Virus record (IMG/VR): IMGVR_UViG_2695420793_000011
Direction: 5' to 3' (one strand)
DNA from: a virus
Taxonomy: Duplodnaviria; Heunggongvirae; Uroviricota; Caudoviricetes
DNA: 12,246 bases
How positions within the stretch are numbered: the stretch's first letter is position 1; every line of letters starts with the position of its first letter. Shown here one piece after another: positions 1 through 6,477 of the stretch. The notes under the pieces were generated by a model. That model had not been told where the DNA came from. It searched no databases and saw only the letters and a program-made list of their open reading frames with translations. Made by a program: the position numbers and the translations under genes.

Positions 1-220
1 AGAGACGCACGCGATAGCGTCCGTCCGGTACGATTTGCAGGTTGTCCAGTTCGGCAAGTTGTTGCTCTCCAAGCCAGACAGGTGGCACGTTATCGCCAGC
101 CAGTCGCCCGTCCTGTTCCTGCCACTGTTTCGCATGTGCCCACGCATCACTACCCGCAAAAATGATGACTTCCGTCATTTTGTCACGCGGCTGGTGTTTT
201 AAATTTGGCGCTTTTTTCAT
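1..220 (-). CDS. hypothetical protein, N-terminal 73 codons only; gene continues beyond window start
   Basis: Minus-strand ATG at 220-218 opens a frame reading MKKAPNLKHQPRDKMTEVIIFAGSDAWAHAKQWQEQDGRLAGDNVPPVWLGEQQLAELDNLQ... with E. coli-like codons and no stop before the window edge. The ATG overlaps the TGA stop of the upstream 99-aa ORF (ATGA), suggesting translational coupling. Not in the ORF track because it is open-ended. Function unknown. Confidence 0.45.
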   Translation of the reverse strand, partial: MKKAPNLKHQPRDKMTEVIIFAGSDAWAHAKQWQEQDGRLAGDNVPPVWLGEQQLAELDNLQIVPDGRYRVRL

Positions 221-516
221 TTCTGCTCTCTCCACGCGGCAATCATGTTTTTTAGTTCCTGTAGTTTTTTATCAACATCCATACATGACACATGGTTATT
301 TCTGGAAAGCGGGATTTCCCGCCTGAATCTGCTAATAAAGATCTCCACGTTCAGCGAACTAAGAAATGAATAGCCATCACGGATAAAATACACACGGTCA
401 AACATCAGTTCTTTTACCGTTACTCTGTTACCGTTCTTATCCAGATAAATAGCGCCGGGGATAATTTGGGGGTGTGCATAACCGCTGGCAGTCAAGCCAG
501 ATAAATACGTTCTCAT
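217..516 (-). CDS. hypothetical protein (99 aa), member of leftward small-gene operon
   Basis: ORF-track frame. It is in the same frame as the upstream 106-aa ORF, separated only by a TAA stop and two codons, and its stop overlaps the next start (ATGA). No family recognised. Confidence 0.5.
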   Translation of the reverse strand: MRTYLSGLTASGYAHPQIIPGAIYLDKNGNRVTVKELMFDRVYFIRDGYSFLSSLNVEIFISRFRREIPLSRNNHVSCMDVDKKLQELKNMIAAWREQK

Positions 517-522
517 GATTAT

Positions 523-843
523 TTATCCCCGATTTGAATCAGTATTCGCTTTCTTTATAGCATTTAATGCATCTGTGGCATTTTCAATGGTGCACCGTAA
601 CGAAATATCAAAATGTCCAAGCATTGCCAGTAACAAACCGATATTACCCATATCAATGCGCATGGCCTTTTCGTCATAGTCCTCATTTTCTGACGCATGC
701 CACATCAGGCTACCAATTGACGCAACAGCCATTGATATATTGTCAGTAGCCCCATCCGCAGCGGAATAAATCTTTTTAGCAATATCATGCTCACAGTTAA
801 AATGCGGATTAATCAGGTACTGGTAATTTGACATATCAGGCAT
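523..843 (-). CDS. hypothetical protein (106 aa), member of leftward small-gene operon
   Basis: ORF-track frame. Its ATG at 843-841 overlaps the stop of the upstream 67-aa frame (ATGCCTGA). No family recognised. Confidence 0.5.
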   Translation of the reverse strand: MPDMSNYQYLINPHFNCEHDIAKKIYSAADGATDNISMAVASIGSLMWHASENEDYDEKAMRIDMGNIGLLLAMLGHFDISLRCTIENATDALNAIKKANTDSNRG

Positions 844-1039
844 GGCACACCCCCTGACGAATACGGGCGGCGAATACCATCACGCAGCCAGCCGGGGATT
901 GCTGGCGTGCTTCCTGTTCGCTGGTGGCCACGATGTGAATCACGCGCGGTTGTGCGGTGCTCAGGGCGATAAAACGCCAGATGTATTTATTCAGGTTGTA
1001 CGAGTCCCGCCCTTGCGGGTGTATGGTATGATTTCTCAT
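836..1039 (-). CDS. hypothetical small protein (67 aa, MRNHTIHPQGRDSYNLNKYIWRF...), probable first gene of leftward operon
   Basis: This is the 3' portion of the 362-aa minus-strand track ORF. An internal ATG at 1039-1037 is preceded by GAGG about 8 nt upstream. The longer upstream extension runs through the AT-rich promoter region and antisense to better plus-strand genes. An alternative start at about 1132 is possible. Confidence 0.35.
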   Translation of the reverse strand: MRNHTIHPQGRDSYNLNKYIWRFIALSTAQPRVIHIVATSEQEARQQSPAGCVMVFAARIRQGVCHA

Positions 1040-1235
1040 AGCTGCCTCGATAATCTTGCTATCGTTGGTGGTTAGAAGCCCCGTTACTGCTCCTACAGTG
1101 CGGGGTTTCGTCGTTTCTGCACCTTGCATTAACAAGGTGTAAGTAACTTTATTTATAGGTGGCTTACATGTCAATGCTTTTATGTAAGACTTTTTATGTG
1201 TATATTGTCTTACACTTTCATTGAGAGGATTACAG
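1040..1235. promoter_or_regulatory. divergent promoter/operator region between the leftward small-gene operon and the rightward regulator-like genes
   Basis: AT-rich intergenic stretch with repeated TGTAAG(A/T)/CTTACA elements, including an inverted pair GTAAGAC...GTCTTAC around 1180-1215 and TTACATGTCAA at about 1164-1176. A short GC stem (CCCCG...CGGGG) at about 1080-1107 lies in the leftward leader. Confidence 0.45.
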
Positions 1236-1541
1236 ATGGCTACAGGTTCAAAAAACGCAAAATCACAATCACTGACAGCTCGGATCCCGCATGATGTTAT
1301 TGAAGGCATGGAATCCGTAAAACTGGACGGTGAAAGCAACGCCGGATTCATAGTAACCGCCATGCGCGGTGAAATCGCCCGCCGCCAGGCAGAAGGAAGC
1401 GGAGAAAACCTCCTGGTTTCTTCGCTCGATGCCCTAGCGCAGGTGGAAAAAATCGGAGTCAAAGCCGCCGAGGAGATCGGGCAACTCGTCACCGTCGCGC
1501 GTGAAGAACTCCAGCGACGCAAGGTCAAAGAGCAGGAATAG
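1236..1541 (+). CDS. small acidic protein, putative DNA-binding regulator of the island (family not confirmed)
   Basis: ATG at 1236 is preceded by GAGAGG at 1224-1229. Codon usage is E. coli-like and a strong intrinsic terminator follows the transcription unit. The N-terminal segment SLTARIPHDVIEGMESV is reminiscent of ribbon-helix-helix-type regulators, but this is an impression only. The track's longer start at 1221 lacks an SD. Confidence 0.5.
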   Translation: MATGSKNAKSQSLTARIPHDVIEGMESVKLDGESNAGFIVTAMRGEIARRQAEGSGENLLVSSLDALAQVEKIGVKAAEEIGQLVTVAREELQRRKVKEQE

Positions 1542-1598
1542 CCACTATCAGCGCCATAGTTTGAGGAACGCAGGCGCATTGCTTTACAGGACAGCACC

Positions 1599-1778
1599 AT
1601 GAGCGACACAGAATCAACCAAAACACCATCACCAACTCGTAAGAGACGACGCAAAAATATAGCGCATGAACATGAATCAGAAAGATTCGCACCTTGTTCG
1701 TTTGCTCTTGAGAAATTCCTTAAAGAGCACAGGAAAAAGCTCTCGTTGCAAACCTTGGAACGAACCAAATCTGACTGA
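1599..1778 (+). CDS. possible small basic protein (59 aa, MSDTESTKTPSPTRKRRRKNIAHEHESERF...)
   Basis: Found by manual translation; below the ORF-track size cutoff. It lies between the 1236-1541 gene and the plus-strand terminator. Weak SD and rare codons (AGA, CGA, AGG, ATA) make it uncertain. Confidence 0.25.
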   Translation: MSDTESTKTPSPTRKRRRKNIAHEHESERFAPCSFALEKFLKEHRKKLSLQTLERTKSD

Positions 1779-1845
1779 TCACATTGCCCACCAGCCGCAA
1801 ATGTGGCATTGTTGGCGATGCGTTCAAGTTTAGTGTGTATCCATT

Positions 1846-1877
1846 GGCGACCGCCCCCGGTCGCCTTTGTTTTATAT
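1846..1877 (+). terminator. intrinsic terminator for the rightward island transcription unit
   Basis: Perfect 8-bp GC-rich stem GGCGACCG / CGGTCGCC with CCCC loop (1846-1865), followed by TTTGTTTTATAT. Confidence 0.6.
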
Positions 1878-1892
1878 GTCATATGCTCCCCT

Positions 1893-2117
1893 TTACGCTG
1901 CCTTACCTGAATTAACGCGGTCACGGCTTTGCACCCAGTCCATAACTTCGGAAAGCAACCAGCCTACAGAACGCCCCCCAAGATTACGGCGAGACGGAAA
2001 GCCCCCTTTCTTCTCCAGTTCGTAGCGTGTAGTACGGCTGACGCCTGTTAACTTACGACATTCATCCTCACGAATTACGCGATCTGTTAGTGATTGAAAT
2101 TGTGTATTTTGATTCAT
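1893..2117 (-). CDS. alpA: AlpA-family phage/island transcriptional regulator (excisionase-like HTH)
   Basis: 74-aa translation with segment LTGVSRTTRYELEKKGGFPSRRNLGGRSVGWLLSEVMDWVQSR, matching the AlpA/Xis-type motif (GxSRsTiY...G.FP....lG.R.v.W...ev..W). Position downstream of a P4-type integrase is typical. Confidence 0.7.
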   Translation of the reverse strand: MNQNTQFQSLTDRVIREDECRKLTGVSRTTRYELEKKGGFPSRRNLGGRSVGWLLSEVMDWVQSRDRVNSGKAA

Positions 2118-2220
2118 AAAAACACCCTCGAACGTAACCGAACAAGGGCATCTTATTTACCATAGCAGTTGGTGCAATATTGGAAAAATAAACTTTATTC
2201 TAATTTATCGTTCTCCATGA

Positions 2221-3075
2221 TTAATTTTCATTAGATAAAATTTTTCTTATTTTTTCTAAAGAATCGCTGCGCATTATTTTTTCTAAGAAGGGTTTTACAG
2301 TCTGAACAATAGCAAAGGTGTCCTTTTCACCATCAGGATACAAAGATACGGCAAGCACCCCTAATGAAATTTTTCTATCTGTAGACAACTCCCAAGATAA
2401 TAAGTCAATTAATGGGATTATCTTATAATCAATAATTTTACGTCGTATGCTCTCCCAACTTCCTGCAATTGGTTTGTCTGGCTCAACAATTGAAAGTTCA
2501 CTACGCCATTTTGGTAATAGTTTTGTAAACGCTTCAATCAACTCATCATCTCTGTTATGTAGTAAGTCAACAGAAACAAGCATATTATCTAATGTATCAG
2601 AAAGGAGATTCACTGGTTCACGCATCACAGCCCAAAACATCCCATTATCTTCTGATATTAAACTTCCAACCATCTCATTATCTATGATGATTGGTTTATC
2701 CTTCCAATATCCTCTTTCCGCAGTCAGTTTATTAATCATTGATATATCAAACCTTGTTACAGGTTTAATTCCATCATCATAACTTAGCTCAATTAACTTC
2801 GGTTGCACTTTATGGTCATATTCTTTTTGTTTATCACAAAACCAATCGTCTTCTTTCAGCTCTCCAAATGGATCCCCGTAATTATTATGCAACGGGTATT
2901 CAGCACCAAACATAAATCCATATTCAGGCATCTCAGAATGTTTCATTGTTAAATCATCTTGTCGCCAATATAATTGGCGAAATAGATCTTTATCCGACAA
3001 GTTTTCTAGGCAATCATATTTGCCTAAATCAAATGACTTTGGTAAATCTTTTTTACTATTTACTTTTTTCGTCAT
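2221..3075 (-). CDS. hypothetical cytoplasmic protein (284 aa), AT-rich cargo gene between integrase and alpA; function unknown
   Basis: Long uninterrupted frame in visibly AT-rich DNA. Its ATG at 3075-3073 overlaps the integrase TGA stop at 3074-3072 (ATGA). No transmembrane segment or catalytic motif recognised by eye. Confidence 0.65.
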   Translation of the reverse strand: MTKKVNSKKDLPKSFDLGKYDCLENLSDKDLFRQLYWRQDDLTMKHSEMPEYGFMFGAEYPLHNNYGDPFGELKEDDWFCDKQKEYDHKVQPKLIELSYDDGIKPVTRFDISMINKLTAERGYWKDKPIIIDNEMVGSLISEDNGMFWAVMREPVNLLSDTLDNMLVSVDLLHNRDDELIEAFTKLLPKWRSELSIVEPDKPIAGSWESIRRKIIDYKIIPLIDLLSWELSTDRKISLGVLAVSLYPDGEKDTFAIVQTVKPFLEKIMRSDSLEKIRKILSNEN

Positions 3076-4292
3076 TGTATCCCTCTCAATATCACAATAT
3101 TTTCATTATATCCTGCAATCATATCAAGACGCTCAACCCATAGATTCAGTGCGTCCCGTTTCGCCTGCAAATAGCGTGAATGGTTATAGGTTTTTTGCTG
3201 ACCTGGCATCTGATGCGCTGTGATGTGCTCCACGATATGCGGATCGACACCTAAATCATTCAGCATAGTTGTAAACGTGTGTCGGAAATCATGCAGCGTC
3301 CAGTGTTCCTGCTTAAGCCGCTTATGCGCATTTCGTCCATATTGCGCCACCGTGGTATCTTTTTTCAGTTCGCCGAGTAATAACCCAGTGTGTGCGTTTT
3401 GCTCCACCAGCTTCTGAATGAACGGCAAAATACCATCAGGAATAGGTCGGAATATTGTTACCTTCGTTTTGCTGTGCTCTTTTGGCACTGTCCACAACAT
3501 TTCTTTCAGGTCCCATTCTTTGATCTCTGAAAGTCTGATCTCTGCCGTTCTGCACCCGAACACAATTAACAAGCGCATTAACGCACTGTAATAGGGAGCG
3601 AACACATCACCATCAATAGCGCGTAGAATTTCTTTTAGTTCGCTGTTGCTGTGCACTCTCTCGCGGATTTCTGCTCTCTTACCCACATCAGTAACGATCA
3701 AATCGTCCAGGGCGTTGCTAAACGCGTAGCGCCGCCTGCGGCAAAACTTTAGCGCCTGTTTGCATGTCTGCATGACATGGCCCGCTGCTACTGGTGCTTT
3801 TTTTCGTACGCGGTCAAAACATGCGATCCACTGCCTTGTATCACACTTATCAAGGGGAATTGCCCCAATATGGCAAATGATGTGCTTATCCATACGCTGC
3901 ACCAGCTTTATGTAATCTTTGCGGTTATCCTTCGCGTATTCCTCCAGCCAGTAGTTAATCGCTTCCTTCACCGTAACGGGTTTTAGTGCTTCCTGTACTG
4001 TGGCGCACAACTCATAACGGGGGTTTTTACCCTCAGCCAGCCATGCCCGGCACAGTGTGCGTTTTTCCCTTGCGGCTTTCAGCGACAATTCAGGGTAAGC
4101 CCCCAGCTTTAACCGCTCTGCGGCAACCTCACGGCCTCCCGTTCGGTACCGGAAATACCAGGTTAATTTGCCGCCCTTTGAGTGTTTAATCTCCAGCCCG
4201 CCCCCGTCGGAGTAAAAACGCTCTTTTTCTGCCTGGACAGCCGCCAATTTTTTTAACGTCGAATCGCTCAGTTTGTTTAGTGCTTTTCCCAC
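3072..4292 (-). CDS. int: P4-type tyrosine site-specific integrase
   Basis: 406 aa. The N-terminal arm-binding-type region (DGGGLEIKHSKGGKLTWYFRYRTGGREVAAERLKLGAYPELSLKAAREKR) resembles P4/CP4-57 integrases. The C-terminus has the HxxR box (HDFRHTF) and a candidate catalytic Tyr (KTYNHSRY). GTG start at 4292 with AGAGGA about 9 nt upstream. Confidence 0.85.
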   Translation of the reverse strand: MGKALNKLSDSTLKKLAAVQAEKERFYSDGGGLEIKHSKGGKLTWYFRYRTGGREVAAERLKLGAYPELSLKAAREKRTLCRAWLAEGKNPRYELCATVQEALKPVTVKEAINYWLEEYAKDNRKDYIKLVQRMDKHIICHIGAIPLDKCDTRQWIACFDRVRKKAPVAAGHVMQTCKQALKFCRRRRYAFSNALDDLIVTDVGKRAEIRERVHSNSELKEILRAIDGDVFAPYYSALMRLLIVFGCRTAEIRLSEIKEWDLKEMLWTVPKEHSKTKVTIFRPIPDGILPFIQKLVEQNAHTGLLLGELKKDTTVAQYGRNAHKRLKQEHWTLHDFRHTFTTMLNDLGVDPHIVEHITAHQMPGQQKTYNHSRYLQAKRDALNLWVERLDMIAGYNENIVILRGIQ

Positions 4293-4328
4293 TATCAGAT
4301 CCTCTTTTCAGTCCTCCAGCCTCAAAAA

Positions 4329-4352
4329 ACTGACCACACAACTGACCACACA
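4329..4352. repeat. tandem direct repeat (A)CTGACCACACA x2 immediately upstream of int
   Basis: Two 11-bp units CTGACCACACA at 4330-4340 and 4342-4352, 12-bp period. Followed at 4369-4386 by CGAACAAC x2 with 10-bp period, within an ACAA-rich tract. Confidence 0.5.
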
Positions 4353-4480
4353 TTTTGTTGAAGCTCTACGAACAACGACGAACAACAACAAACAAGAAAA
4401 CAGGATAATTTATTGTTTATCAAATACATACATAAACAACCACAAGCAACCCCGAACCACAAAAAACACTAAATGAGAAA

Positions 4481-4540
4481 ATACGGGTATTTCTCAGCCT
4501 TCACGCAGAAGGGCACCCCGAGTCGTTTGGTTGCGATGAT
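4481..4540 (-). ncRNA. 5' portion of the thiM TPP (thiamine pyrophosphate) riboswitch aptamer, truncated at the island junction
   Basis: The minus strand reads AACCAAACGACTCGGGGTGCCCTTCTGCGTGAAGGCTGAGAAATACCCGTAT, matching from memory the 5' half of the E. coli thiM leader including the conserved CUGAGA element. After ACCCGUAU the expected CACCUGAUCUGGAUAAUGCCAGCG is replaced by unrelated sequence running into int. Confidence 0.65.
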
Positions 4541-4621
4541 AAATCGCAGAGGAGGATGGTAATGTCCAGCGCACGCGTTGTAAACGAGGAAAAACGGCAG
4601 TTTTACAATCGCGTTAATAAA

Positions 4622-4894
4622 TTATTTGATATATGAATCCAGCACCTTCAGAACGACATCCAGATCTTCTTCACGTTTTAGCTCATCCCCCTGGTGAACG
4701 ATGTGTTCCGTCAGATGACCTTTAATCACTTCCCGTATCAGACCGTTTACCGCGCCACGGATAGCAGCAATCTGTTGTAAAACTGCAGCGCATTCGTGCG
4801 GCTCGTCGAGCATTTTCTTGAGCGCCACGACCTGGCCCTGAATCTTACTGGCACGCGCTTTCAGTTTCTGTTTATCACGGATTGTATGAGACAT
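4622..4894 (-). CDS. rcnR: RcnR, Ni/Co-responsive transcriptional repressor (CsoR/RcnR family)
   Basis: 90-aa translation recognised as RcnR ([52 protein letters not shown]...), divergent from rcnA. Confidence 0.9.
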   Translation of the reverse strand: MSHTIRDKQKLKARASKIQGQVVALKKMLDEPHECAAVLQQIAAIRGAVNGLIREVIKGHLTEHIVHQGDELKREEDLDVVLKVLDSYIK

Positions 4895-4942
4895 GGCAAC
4901 ACCTGGTTAACAAGAATATGAAAAATCATAGCACTATTAATC

Positions 4943-4977
4943 TACTGGGGGGTAGTATCAGGTACTGGGGGGGAGTA
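4943..4977. promoter_or_regulatory. two RcnR operator sites (TACT-G6/7-N-AGTA) in the rcnR-rcnA intergenic region
   Basis: TACTGGGGGGTAGTA at 4943-4957 and TACTGGGGGGGAGTA at 4963-4977, matching the described RcnR G-tract operator architecture. Confidence 0.75.
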
Positions 4978-5014
4978 GAATCAGATTGCCGAATTAATAC
5001 TAAGAATTATTATC

Positions 5015-5839
5015 ATGACCGAATTTACAACTCTTCTTCAGCAAGGAAACGCCTGGTTCTTCATCCCCAGCGCCATCTTACTTGGTGCGCTTCATGGCCT
5101 GGAACCAGGGCACTCAAAAACGATGATGGCGGCGTTTATCATCGCCATCAAAGGCACCATTAAACAGGCGGTGATGCTCGGACTGGCAGCAACTATTTCG
5201 CATACCGCAGTGGTCTGGTTAATTGCCTTTGGCGGGATGGTGATCAGCAAGCGCTTTACTGCTCAATCAGCAGAACCGTGGCTCCAGCTGATTTCCGCAG
5301 TGATCATTATTGGCACCGCGTTCTGGATGTTCTGGCGTACCTGGCGCGGCGAACGCAACTGGCTGGAGAATATGCACGAGTATGATCATGAACATCATCA
5401 CCACGATCACGAAGATCACCACGACCATGGACATCATCACCATCACGAACATGGCGAGTATCAGGATGCCCATGCACGAGCCCATGCCAATGATATTAAA
5501 CGACGCTTTGATGGTAGAGAGGTCACCAACTGGCAAATTTTGTTATTTGGCTTAACAGGTGGTCTTATCCCCTGTCCGGCAGCAATTACCGTGCTGTTGA
5601 TTTGCATTCAGTTGAAAGCCCTGACACTGGGCGCAACACTGGTCGTCAGTTTCAGCATTGGCCTGGCGTTAACGCTTGTCACCGTAGGCGTTGGCGCAGC
5701 AATCAGCGTTCAGCAGGTCGCAAAACGCTGGAGCGGATTTAACACTCTCGCTAAACGCGCCCCCTATTTTTCCAGTCTGTTGATTGGCTTAGTCGGTGTG
5801 TATATGGGCGTACATGGCTTCATGGGCATAATGCGATAA
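5015..5839 (+). CDS. rcnA: RcnA nickel/cobalt efflux transporter with His-rich cytoplasmic loop
   Basis: 274-aa membrane protein recognised as RcnA. It has the HGLEPGHSKT motif and a His/Asp/Glu-rich loop (EYDHEHHHHDHEDHHDHGHHHHHEHGEY) encoded at about 5390-5460. Confidence 0.9.
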   Translation: MTEFTTLLQQGNAWFFIPSAILLGALHGLEPGHSKTMMAAFIIAIKGTIKQAVMLGLAATISHTAVVWLIAFGGMVISKRFTAQSAEPWLQLISAVIIIGTAFWMFWRTWRGERNWLENMHEYDHEHHHHDHEDHHDHGHHHHHEHGEYQDAHARAHANDIKRRFDGREVTNWQILLFGLTGGLIPCPAAITVLLICIQLKALTLGATLVVSFSIGLALTLVTVGVGAAISVQQVAKRWSGFNTLAKRAPYFSSLLIGLVGVYMGVHGFMGIMR

Positions 5840-6057
5840 CTCAATCCTTTAGGCTTGCATGTTATCTTCAGCCCAGGATGATTCTTAAATCAGCTATTTC
5901 CGCTGACTCTCTGCTCGCTAAGGATGCTTTTAGGGCATCCTTTCATTTACACTTTTTACGAAATCATGGGATCACTAACAAAATATCGCTTGTCAGTTAT
6001 ATTGTATGGCAGGAAAGATATGCGACTGATATTACAGATCCCCAAAGTGGAGAGTTT

Positions 6058-6396
6058 ATGACCATTAAAAATAAGATGTTGCTGGGTGCGCTTTTGCTGG
6101 TTACCAGTGCCGCCTGGGCCGCACCAGCCACCGCGGGTTCGACCAATACCTCGGGAATTTCTAAGTATGAGTTAAGCAGTTTCATTGCTGACTTTAAGCA
6201 TTTCAAACCAGGCGATACCGTCCCAGAGATGTACCGCACCGATGAGTACAACATTAAGCAGTGGCAGTTACGTAACCTGCCCGCGCCTGATGCCGGGACG
6301 CACTGGACCTATATGGGTGGCGCGTACGTGTTGATCAGCGACACCGACGGTAAAATCATTAAAGCCTACGACGGTGAGATTTTTTATCATCGCTAA
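6058..6396 (+). CDS. rcnB: RcnB (YohN) periplasmic protein of the Ni/Co efflux system
   Basis: 112 aa starting MTIKNKMLLGALLLVTSAAWA (signal peptide), ATG at 6058 with GGAGAG SD. The track ORF from 5878 is an upstream in-frame extension without SD. Confidence 0.85.
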   Translation: MTIKNKMLLGALLLVTSAAWAAPATAGSTNTSGISKYELSSFIADFKHFKPGDTVPEMYRTDEYNIKQWQLRNLPAPDAGTHWTYMGGAYVLISDTDGKIIKAYDGEIFYHR

Positions 6397-6425
6397 AAAA
6401 AGCCCCCTCATCATGAGGGGGAAAT
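6397..6425 (-). terminator. intrinsic terminator between convergent rcnB and yehA, with the U-tract on the yehA side
   Basis: Stem CCCCCTCA / TGAGGGGG at 6403-6421. On the minus-strand transcript the hairpin is followed by the T-run complementary to the A-run at 6395-6401. Confidence 0.55.
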
Positions 6426-6477
6426 GCAGACACCTTGTTATTTTTTATTATTAGCCACTTGCTCGTCTTGCTTGTTA

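Noticed and set aside
42-326. 94-aa plus-strand ORF
   Set aside because: Antisense to the better-supported minus-strand genes at 1-220 and 217-516, which have E. coli-like codons and coupled stop/start codons.
836-1924. 362-aa minus-strand ORF from the track
   Set aside because: It runs antisense through two better-supported plus-strand genes, an AT-rich promoter region and a plus-strand terminator. Its composition is junk-like (rich in R, S, C). Only its 3' end (836-1039, with its own SD) is kept as a plausible gene.
2447-2782. 111-aa plus-strand ORF inside the 284-aa gene
   Set aside because: Antisense shadow frame within a much longer minus-strand ORF.
4293-4480. A tRNA gene at the integrase-proximal junction
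   Set aside because: No tRNA-like sequence or cloverleaf-compatible stems seen; the flanking chromosomal sequence is the thiM leader instead.
4474-4636. Two tiny coupled plus-strand ORFs (29 aa and 24 aa), the second preceded by a strong AGGAGG
   Set aside because: They lie antisense to the thiM riboswitch fragment and promoter region, and the second overlaps the rcnR 3' end. Most likely a chance SD-like sequence. A small protein cannot be excluded without ribosome profiling.
5267-5555. ORFs 5267-5536 (-) and 5310-5555 (+) inside rcnA
   Set aside because: Artefacts of the repetitive His-codon tract within rcnA.
5878-6057. N-terminal extension of the rcnB track ORF (172 aa)
   Set aside because: No SD at 5878. 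The signal-peptide start at 6058 has a GGAGAG SD and gives the expected 112-aa RcnB.
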